A stretch of 32,167 nt of DNA from an uncultured Gammaproteobacteria bacterium (GCA_964510275.1 CAZEBE010000001.1:1-32167), one strand, 5' to 3'; counted from the stretch's first letter, positions 17,601 through 23,892 are shown. A program made the numbers and translations. Notes: generated by a model from the letters alone, not told the origin.

Positions 17601-20600
17601 AATCTTTTTTGATTCACAGATACCATAATCATCATTAGAGTTGGAATCTTCATTACAAGCAAACTCAGGTGCACAAGGATCACATAAAACTGGAATTCTA
17701 TCAACACAATAACCACTGCCGATATTTATATAATTATTCGGACAAGAAGTGTTTACTTTAAGCTGTTTAACAAAATAAGTTTTGCCACTGGTTTTATCAT
17801 CATAAGCACGACAACTGGTAACTCCTTTGTAATTAATAACTACATCTTTGTTATCAATTTTAGAAGTCAAAGAATAAGAAACTTCTTTTTCTAAAATGCA
17901 TTTTTTAGTCTGACAAACATCTTTAGTTGCATTATAAGTACAATTCTTATCATCTTCTTTACAATACCCTAAAGCTCCACAGGCCGAAGTAGCGCTGCCG
18001 CAATCAGCCGTAATTCTTGGGGAAACAGCATTAAAAGGTGAACATTTTCCTGGAGAGTTTGGACAAAATTGACCAGTCTGACAACCATTATAAAAAGTTG
18101 CCATTGCTAAACAGCTATCAAATTTATTATCCGAATTGCCGGATAAAATAGTATTAAATTTAGATTCATAAACTGAATTAGGAACATCAAAATAGCAAGA
18201 TAATAAAGACGCAGCGCAAGAACCGGTTTTATAAGTATTGTTTGGACAGCAAACAGGACTAGAAGCCGAACAATCGGAATTGTTAATACATTTACCAACG
18301 ATAAAGTTGACTTCGTTTCCTGATTCTCCACTCTTCATAACCCTAACTGGACCAGTTATAGCTGAAACGCCATCACTGTTTACCGGCACAACGGTTTCTA
18401 GTTTATCAGCTAAATCGTCTTTAGTTATCTTTGAAGAAGTGCTGATTTCTCGATTAAAAACAACTGAAGCATAACTATCAGCCTTACCAAAATATTCCCC
18501 CCATAAAGTAACTTTATCACCAACTTGTCCACGGACAGGATCGATTTTACAAATACTAGTTTTTAAATTTTGCGTTGGATCAAATTTAAAATTATTATTT
18601 GGAAAAAGTAAATCTGTGTTTATAACAACCTCTCCTAAATTAACTTTAATTTTATAATTTTTATTAACTAATCCTTCTGGGACTTTAACAATAATCTGAC
18701 TGTCGCTCCAAGCGGAATTAGTACAAACTTCCGGAAAATCATAGGAAGCTTCTTTGTCGTCAAACAACACTTGACGACTACCACGAGCACTGCCAAAACC
18801 TTTGCCGGAAATAGTAACATACTGCCCAGTGTTTCCCGATGTGGGATAAAAAGAAGAAATGTAAGGGCCTGCTTCAGCTTCCCTTTCTTTTACAAACATC
18901 AAAGAATTACTTTTTTGATTGATACCAGCTAAAGATCTTTCTACAAAAGTTGTCGTTCTTCCAGGGATAATACTAGGAGCCAAAGTTTGCCCTGATAAAT
19001 TGTCAGTTGAAAAAACAGAATCAATTCCTTTGTAAGGATTATTATATTCTCCAAAGTAAGCAGTGCTATTTCTTAGATTAACCCCCTGATAACCAACTTT
19101 ATCCCCTAAAGCTCCTTTAGTAGGGTCAATCAAACAAAGACCGGGACGATAAATTTCGTTCTTAACAAAATCAGCTACTTTAGGGCCACTATCATTATTA
19201 GTGGTGTCAAAATTTTCTTCAAAATTACCCTCACGTTTAACCTTTATCGGTCCGGTGGCTGCCCCACTAGGAACCGCTACCGTTATTTGACGATCAGTCC
19301 AAGAACTAACACAATTAGCATTTAAAAGTTTGGGGAAATTAGCTAGCTGAGACTGTGACTCATTCGCCCCTAAAAAAGTAACTTGTCCGGTATTTAAAAC
19401 TTTAGTAACTGTAAAATCATCAATATACAAATCTGTTCCGGTTTTGGTGGAATTATAACCAACAGACAAACCAAGTTCAATCATTTTTTGTCCACTAGCA
19501 TTAAGCCACGTGTCCATTTCTGGAGTATATTTAAAAGTATAAGAATACAAAGTCCAATCAGAAGTTGAGCTGATTGGTATTGAGGTTAAATTAAGAGCTC
19601 CATAACATTTCTTTTGATAAGGGGTGTTCATGCAACAAGTATTTGCCTGTTCGGAACAAGTTTTTCCCATACCGCAAGGATCTACTCCAGCAGCAGGGGT
19701 TGGGACTACTTTTGAGCCATCCCAAGTATAACCAGATTTTAAAGCAGCATAATAGTTATAAGCCACACACTGAGAACCCCAACCTAAATTAGAAGCAATT
19801 TGAACAGCAACATTAGCCGTTGTTTTTCCTTTATAGTAGAACTGAATAGAATAGGTTTCACCAATTTTAAAGTTAAGCGGTGCTAAATTATAGGTCAATT
19901 TAGCCCACATTACATTGTGAGAATTTCCCCAAACTAAAATTTCACCTTGTCTGTAAACAGCAGGGCCGCTTCGGTGAGCATCGTCTGTTCCTGAAAAATT
20001 ACAAGTGTTATCAGTCGCTTTCCAGGTACAATTACTTAAATCATCACAAGTCGCTTTATTACAAATACCTGGATAATCTTGATTGGCGTCTTGATGAATT
20101 CTAACGCTCTGCTTCCCTGATCTAAATTCATTTTGAACAATGCCAACACTAGAGTGTTTTTGTGAGGCAATTGTCCAATCGGTTGGCACTTTACCAATAG
20201 CCCCTCTTTCAAAATCAATATTTGTTAAGAAACTTTCAAAAACACTAGAGCTAGTTCCAAAATTATAACCGTAAATGGTTATTAGATTATTAGCACCACC
20301 GTTTGGTGTTGCGGTATCACACTTAGCACCACCTAAACAATCAGAGTCTAAATTACAACCACGGTTTTTATCATTAGCACAAAAACCTCCAGCCGGGCTA
20401 ATGCCAGTAATAACTGGAGCGCCAACACAAGTGCAGGAATCTGGATTACATTTTAAATAAGGTCCACACAAATTATTATCAACAGAACATTTTCCTCCAT
20501 CAGGATTAGCGTTACAAGATTCTCCTAAACTAGATTTTGGTTTACACAAACAACTATTTTCGTCACAAGTATAATCATCACCGCATAAATCATTGTCAGC

Positions 20601-21140
20601 CTGACATTTAGCAACAACCGTGTCACCATCACAACTTGTTTTCTCATCAACATCTGGCAAACAAGTTGAACCTAAGCAGGGGCCCCAAGTATCAACGTTA
20701 CAAGTTTTAGCACCACCACAACCACAGGAAATACTAGCACCATTAGTACAGCTGTTAGAGCTTGGATCCCCGCCAGTAACACCCAAAACTTTATTGATAA
20801 CAAAATAAACAACCCCCCAAGCTGACAAAATTATAAGCAAACCAATTACACCGTTTTTTATAATTTTTTTAGCTTGATCGATTTTATCTTCGCTACCACC
20901 AGAGGTCATATATACAAAACCGCCCCATAAAATTAAACAGACTGCTAACAAGCCCAAAAAACCCATTAAAAGGTTAATGATATTTTTAATTATCGTAACT
21001 GGACTATTAGCCCCCAAATTCAAAGGATTACTACTGGCCGAATCAATACCCGTGTCTACAGCCAAAGACTGAGAAGCAAACAAAAAGACCGATCCAATAA
21101 TTAAAGTTAAGATTAAAAAACCTTTGAGTTTATTAGACAT
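14607..21140 (-). CDS. Giant (2177 aa) membrane-anchored Cys-rich adhesin-like protein with N-terminal VirB2/TrbC-like pilin hairpin
   Basis: An uninterrupted 6.5-kb ORF in an AT-rich genome. In order it contains a signal peptide (...FASQSLA|VD), a two-helix hairpin module and six-Cys knots. Next come four IPT/TIG-like domains (PVITGISPAGG..., PGLCLIDPTKG..., GPYISSFYPTSGNTGQYVTISGKGFG..., ICKIDPVRGQVGDKVTLWGEYFG...) and a Cys-rich region of about 580 aa. It ends with Big_5/SbsA-Ig-like (PKVVSTDPKNNAQKV...IKIKFDQEMN), Big_2-like and two fn3-like domains (aa ~1967-2165). I count about 127 Cys by hand. Confidence 0.9.
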   Translation of the reverse strand: MSNKLKGFLILTLIIGSVFLFASQSLAVDTGIDSASSNPLNLGANSPVTIIKNIINLLMGFLGLLAVCLILWGGFVYMTSGGSEDKIDQAKKIIKNGVIGLLIILSAWGVVYFVINKVLGVTGGDPSSNSCTNGASISCGCGGAKTCNVDTWGPCLGSTCLPDVDEKTSCDGDTVVAKCQADNDLCGDDYTCDENSCLCKPKSSLGESCNANPDGGKCSVDNNLCGPYLKCNPDSCTCVGAPVITGISPAGGFCANDKNRGCNLDSDCLGGAKCDTATPNGGANNLITIYGYNFGTSSSVFESFLTNIDFERGAIGKVPTDWTIASQKHSSVGIVQNEFRSGKQSVRIHQDANQDYPGICNKATCDDLSNCTWKATDNTCNFSGTDDAHRSGPAVYRQGEILVWGNSHNVMWAKLTYNLAPLNFKIGETYSIQFYYKGKTTANVAVQIASNLGWGSQCVAYNYYAALKSGYTWDGSKVVPTPAAGVDPCGMGKTCSEQANTCCMNTPYQKKCYGALNLTSIPISSTSDWTLYSYTFKYTPEMDTWLNASGQKMIELGLSVGYNSTKTGTDLYIDDFTVTKVLNTGQVTFLGANESQSQLANFPKLLNANCVSSWTDRQITVAVPSGAATGPIKVKREGNFEENFDTTNNDSGPKVADFVKNEIYRPGLCLIDPTKGALGDKVGYQGVNLRNSTAYFGEYNNPYKGIDSVFSTDNLSGQTLAPSIIPGRTTTFVERSLAGINQKSNSLMFVKEREAEAGPYISSFYPTSGNTGQYVTISGKGFGSARGSRQVLFDDKEASYDFPEVCTNSAWSDSQIIVKVPEGLVNKNYKIKVNLGEVVINTDLLFPNNNFKFDPTQNLKTSICKIDPVRGQVGDKVTLWGEYFGKADSYASVVFNREISTSSKITKDDLADKLETVVPVNSDGVSAITGPVRVMKSGESGNEVNFIVGKCINNSDCSASSPVCCPNNTYKTGSCAASLLSCYFDVPNSVYESKFNTILSGNSDNKFDSCLAMATFYNGCQTGQFCPNSPGKCSPFNAVSPRITADCGSATSACGALGYCKEDDKNCTYNATKDVCQTKKCILEKEVSYSLTSKIDNKDVVINYKGVTSCRAYDDKTSGKTYFVKQLKVNTSCPNNYINIGSGYCVDRIPVLCDPCAPEFACNEDSNSNDDYGICESKKICGGNASCGKNGNKFSCLEAPKDTCECCCEIGKDARDCCAPLKCAGTCGSDTSNDGSGYGSCSGCSAVGTTQADHDAACNCDTTSGKICDTSKSGGVCVDCAALDETSCGDHKNQCCFDEAKGVCQGGNGNLLNGKCAYYDCDAGNKAICNQTATSTGQFLATSTCVTDCAANSKTICDLIGKDKTKCSAQNNCCYDEKNDKCTDGTEKFNLEGVKYCAYYNCDQDTKECGNVASTTGQIIGFNNCQNQCGSLDVSPNSSCASDEATICNTSLCGNPYSCLSDKGEGPDLKDCGFCCCKPGEKNGDLTCLKDKGSCSGNGRGLFCGCSLDSQCGGGQGCGDDTCCYGRPKVVSTDPKNNAQKVCRNAQIKIKFDQEMNLATLSSNILLLEEKTYNTDVCPDGTTLSLNDFRPKKINFIARVYQTILNNFKYLFSGSVNNNAIAATPSADKLYCVLPATTETKTGYTNKATSTIIYLSPQKLLDAQTNYFVVVKGDENLDSNYGVTSLKKVGMNGSTIFGHITNPEFNGIKFKNSYTFGFTTLAVESEGGGVCVLDDVVLEPDSFLINTADNDVTDDVANSKLFDTKADSDRAVSAWAYSADGQLIQPVSGYGWNWNFKIDDSSVVDKMNISGLKNNEIVVGAVSGVTDKSTKITASVNMSGFSNFSFRGNGLSGTSNAYVFLCANPWPMVTNGKWSPWSDKCVDSLGNAISGCINYNYKFYYCRDAGNKGTVDDLPAVADPALILGSSGNLVCSNSGNPCSEQGAVCGIGGTCIWNVLKESYFFREAIPQSGEIIEVRNTGTGDSVLLSWYAPIVNPTTLESFKIYYGLSGGQAGSEIIPVSVNDSAVCSKSLDKYNCSLKITSLIKDKKYYFKVSSLTNKKAESPLSGGAEITPTDTIAPAKPTGLSIETTSSTLAIKWKANTDDALYYRLFHGFLDGKRASDSVDSPNKATSLTFNQSDYRVGKHYFYLAAIDESGNISETSDEASTTITAAVLQE
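16854..17279 (-). repeat. Coding tandem duplication: two 81-aa-period Cys modules (CC[FY]DE ... CAYY[DN]CD ... [ST]TGQ ... C-x3-C)
   Basis: Copy 1 is aa 1288-1349: CGDHKNQCCFDEAKGVCQGGNGNLLNGKCAYYDCDAGNKAICNQTATSTGQFLATSTCVTDC. Copy 2 is aa 1367-1429: CSAQNNCCYDEKNDKCTDGTEKFNLEGVKYCAYYNCDQDTKECGNVASTTGQIIGFNNCQNQC. The CAYY Cys residues are at aa 1316 and 1397. Confidence 0.75.
20427..20633 (-). repeat. Coding tandem duplication: two 39-aa six-Cys modules with identical spacing C-x8-C-x6-C-x5-C-x4-C-x-C
   Basis: Module 1 is aa 170-199 (CDGDTVVAKCQADNDLCGDDYTCDENSCLC). Module 2 is aa 209-238 (CNANPDGGKCSVDNNLCGPYLKCNPDSCTC). Confidence 0.75.
20787..21005 (-). other. VirB2/TrbC-like 'T4SS pilin' helical hairpin module of the 2177-aa protein (aa 46-118)
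   Basis: The module reads SPVTIIKNIINLLMGFLGLLAVCLILWGGFVYMTSGGSEDKIDQAKKIIKNGVIGLLIILSAWGVVYFVINKV. Two hydrophobic helices flank a short Lys-rich loop, after a cleavable signal peptide. This fits the GGF.y.TSgG....AK....viG pattern I recall for the Pfam T4SS_pilin family that is abundant in CPR bacteria. Confidence 0.65.
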
Positions 21141-21154
21141 ACTTATATCAAGAA

Positions 21155-23848
21155 TTAATTAACACAATTACCGTCAGAATTTAAGGAATTTGTTCCCGTG
21201 CCAGAACAACAAGAAGGGTTCTCTTCGCTTAAATTAACACAACCAGGACCAATACTAGGTTTAAAACAATTTTGATAAATGTTTTTTACACCAGAACCAA
21301 TTTGAGAAACATAGGTAACTGCTTCAAAAAAATCTGAATGTAAAATTTTAATCGAGGTGTAATCGGGCTCACCATCAGGAGTGCCCTGTTCTTTATTTTC
21401 ACTCTCCATCCAATAACCTAAAGGCTTATCCGTTAAACTGCGCAAATTAACTAATTTATGTTCTACGCTGGTCAAATCATTTTTCATTTCCAAACTACCA
21501 GTCCTTAAAGAGCTATTCATCATCAAATCATTAAAATCAATTATCACCGGACTAGTTAATCTAACACCAACTTCTTTTAGATAAGGCGAAGTTAAAGATA
21601 TCGTCGGTGGTATTAAATTAATCTCGTTACTAACCCAAAAAGAAAATTCAAAACCATCGCGTTTGGTTAAATCATTATCACCTTCAATAAAATAGGGGTA
21701 AACCGCTGTTATTGGGCCTTCCGCTTGATTATCGCGATTACCGTCTAAAGAGTTAAAAGCTAAATCAACAACACCATCTAATTGCAAAGAATTAGCTGCA
21801 GGATAATTCATTCCTTTAGCAACATCGCGACAAACGCCAGCGACACACTCAGAGTAAGGAGCAAGACTACTACAATCAGTCACTGATGAACAAGTTTTTA
21901 ATTTAGCTGCGTTTATTTTGAGAGCTAAATTACTACCAGCTGGTAAACAATACATTTTTTCACCACAACTATTTACTCCACATTCCTTGTCAGAAATAAA
22001 TTCTAAAGTGCGGTAAGCGTTAGTTAAAGAAAATTTACCAGAAACATAATCACCAACACAAACCGTCGCTTCGCAATTATAAGACAAACAATCACTGGCC
22101 GCACTACAAGCTTCTCCGTTTGTTTTAGCGGTTCTACTAGCGTTTACTAAACGAATATAGGATTTGAGTTCATCAGAACTGCCGGACAAAACCATAGGAT
22201 TAACTGCTTCATTAAAAGTAACTTGAACAACTGAATTCATTGGCTTATCCTTCAAGCCTTTTATTTCATAAAGGTCACTCTTGTCAGTTCCACCAGAAAA
22301 TTTAGTAATTGTCAGTCCGTTTCCGGTTGAAGAAATATTTAAACTATTACCCGAAACTCCTGTCTGTTTTGAAAATAAATTTAAGGTGTTGCCGTTACCA
22401 AAAACATTAATATTATAATTACTACTTAAAGCTGCTTTCATGTTAGCAGTCATAAGTTCGCTTGAACAAACAGCGGGAACTAAAATTTCGTTACCCGCAC
22501 CAGATTTAGAGCCAACAAAAATATAAGTATCAGAACCAATGGTTAAAGTTTGAGCAGGCGCTGCAGGCTTAATTCTTACCGTCCAAAGATTTCCTTGATT
22601 TACAACAGCTGGAAGTGTAACTGAAAAATAACCATCAAAATTTGCTACCCCATCAATAATATCACTAGCTCCCAATAAATTATCGCCACTAAACAATTTT
22701 AATTTGCCATTGTCTATCTGAAGTTTAAAGTAAGTAACAGTTCCTGAATAATTAGGATTTATTATTAACTCAATTTTTTCAGAAGTTCCAATCTTAACAA
22801 CACTAATTATACTGGCAGCTGTTTTTATTTTAGGGCAATCAGAAACCACTATTTGTGCTTTAGCCGCTTTAGCTTCAGAGCCAACACTAAAAGTGTCGGC
22901 CAAATTATCTATTGGCGGAAAAATATTTCCTAATAAAACTTGAGGGGGGGTTAAATCCAACTTGTCATTAGTTTCAAAAGTCCATTCTAAAAAATCAGAA
23001 GAACAGGTTTTAAATAAAGCCTCTCCACCAGCTTTTTTTAATTCATTGGTTAAGCGAACCGCATATTCAACATTACCACTAGCACTTCCTAAATAACCAA
23101 CTGGCATTAGAACTAAAGTTTTATTTCCAGCTGGCACTGATACTTCAATGTTAGTAATGTTATCAGCACAACCAGCGGAGACACAGGAGTTGCCATCGGC
23201 TGTTTTATAAACCTGAATATTTGTCGGATTAAGTAAATTACAATTTGGCGTATTGTCGCAAGCACAGGCGTTTTTAGTGTTTCTATTTATACAAACCGTA
23301 TCCAATTGAAAAGCCTCTTTTGAAGTAACTAAGATGCTTGAATTACGAGCCACATCTTTAGTTCCGGGAGCTGGAAAAACAGATTCAATTGAACAAGAAC
23401 CTAAAGTTCCTAAACTTAAATTTTTAAAATTAGCTGTACTAGCCGGCAAAGAAAGGGCTGTTGAATTTTTATCAGTGAAAAGAGATAAGACATAAGAAGA
23501 AATTCCCCAGGCTGATAAAATAATAACCACTCCGATAACCGCATTTTTAAGAACCTGCTTAGCTTTCTTTATTTTATCCTCACTACCACCAGAAGTTGTC
23601 CACAAGAAACCGCCATACATAATAGTAATTACCAAAATAAGACCAAGCAAACTAAAGACCACCTGAATTATTCTTATAATTATAGTGACTGGAGAAGAAG
23701 CGCTTAAAGATAAATTATCTTCTACAACAGCCGTTCCCAAATCAGTGGCTTCAATGGCTAAGCTACTTTTAGCTAGCAAAAAAGTGGCCAAAAATACCAC
23801 AAGAGGTAGGCCAATTTTTTTCAAAAAAGAGGTTGGACATTTTTTCAT
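21155..23848 (-). CDS. Large (897 aa) membrane-anchored Cys-containing surface protein with N-terminal VirB2/TrbC-like pilin hairpin
   Basis: Signal peptide (...LLAKSSLA|IEA), then the hairpin module, then Big_5/SbsA-Ig-like repeats (SIESVFPAPGTKDVARNSSILVTS...LEWTFETN; VVQVTFNEAVNPMVL...; PPTISLTSPYLKEVGVRLTSPVIIDFNDLM) interrupted by C-x5-C-x4..8-C-x4-C knots. I count about 27 Cys by hand. This is the first gene of the operon, 14 nt upstream of the 2177-aa gene. Confidence 0.88.
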   Translation of the reverse strand: MKKCPTSFLKKIGLPLVVFLATFLLAKSSLAIEATDLGTAVVEDNLSLSASSPVTIIIRIIQVVFSLLGLILVITIMYGGFLWTTSGGSEDKIKKAKQVLKNAVIGVVIILSAWGISSYVLSLFTDKNSTALSLPASTANFKNLSLGTLGSCSIESVFPAPGTKDVARNSSILVTSKEAFQLDTVCINRNTKNACACDNTPNCNLLNPTNIQVYKTADGNSCVSAGCADNITNIEVSVPAGNKTLVLMPVGYLGSASGNVEYAVRLTNELKKAGGEALFKTCSSDFLEWTFETNDKLDLTPPQVLLGNIFPPIDNLADTFSVGSEAKAAKAQIVVSDCPKIKTAASIISVVKIGTSEKIELIINPNYSGTVTYFKLQIDNGKLKLFSGDNLLGASDIIDGVANFDGYFSVTLPAVVNQGNLWTVRIKPAAPAQTLTIGSDTYIFVGSKSGAGNEILVPAVCSSELMTANMKAALSSNYNINVFGNGNTLNLFSKQTGVSGNSLNISSTGNGLTITKFSGGTDKSDLYEIKGLKDKPMNSVVQVTFNEAVNPMVLSGSSDELKSYIRLVNASRTAKTNGEACSAASDCLSYNCEATVCVGDYVSGKFSLTNAYRTLEFISDKECGVNSCGEKMYCLPAGSNLALKINAAKLKTCSSVTDCSSLAPYSECVAGVCRDVAKGMNYPAANSLQLDGVVDLAFNSLDGNRDNQAEGPITAVYPYFIEGDNDLTKRDGFEFSFWVSNEINLIPPTISLTSPYLKEVGVRLTSPVIIDFNDLMMNSSLRTGSLEMKNDLTSVEHKLVNLRSLTDKPLGYWMESENKEQGTPDGEPDYTSIKILHSDFFEAVTYVSQIGSGVKNIYQNCFKPSIGPGCVNLSEENPSCCSGTGTNSLNSDGNCVN
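23477..23695 (-). other. VirB2/TrbC-like 'T4SS pilin' helical hairpin module of the 897-aa protein (aa 52-124)
   Basis: The module reads SPVTIIIRIIQVVFSLLGLILVITIMYGGFLWTTSGGSEDKIKKAKQVLKNAVIGVVIILSAWGISSYVLSLF. By hand alignment it is 40/73 identical, without gaps, to the module of the 2177-aa protein. Confidence 0.65.
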
Positions 23849-23873
23849 TTTTTTATAATAATCTTACTTATTA

Positions 23874-23892
23874 TGTTATAATAATTATAACA
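23874..23892. promoter_or_regulatory. 19-bp perfect palindrome carrying back-to-back extended -10 elements (divergent promoters for rel and the surface operon)
   Basis: TGTTATAAT-A-ATTATAACA reads TGnTATAAT on the plus strand (23874-23882, 34 nt before the rel ATG at 23917). It reads the same on the minus strand (23892-23884, 35 nt before the 897-aa gene ATG at 23848). Confidence 0.45.

Noticed and set aside
11486-20808. Thirteen short ORFs nested in the 1048-aa and 2177-aa genes, including the His-rich 16556..16792 and the Val/Leu-rich 17291..17530
   Set aside because: All lie inside uninterrupted 3.1- and 6.5-kb ORFs with coherent domain content. The odd compositions (His-rich, Val/Leu-rich) are what Cys/Gly/Asn-rich coding sequence gives when read antisense or out of frame.
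14607-21140. Giant protein as an Rhs/polymorphic toxin, an RTX adhesin or a diversity-generating-retroelement target
   Set aside because: There are no YD/Rhs repeats and no GGxGxD nonapeptides. No C-terminal toxin with an adjacent immunity gene is present. No reverse transcriptase or template/variable repeat pair is visible in the window. The C-terminus is two fn3-like domains, not a C-type-lectin variable region.
9113-23848. Reading the central block as a conjugative T4SS, ICE or genomic island because of the VirB2-like modules
   Set aside because: The window has no VirB4, VirD4, VirB6, relaxase, integrase or transposase. There are no flanking direct repeats or tRNA genes, and I saw no compositional break by eye. 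The block is embedded between clpP and rel with shared promoter and terminator elements.
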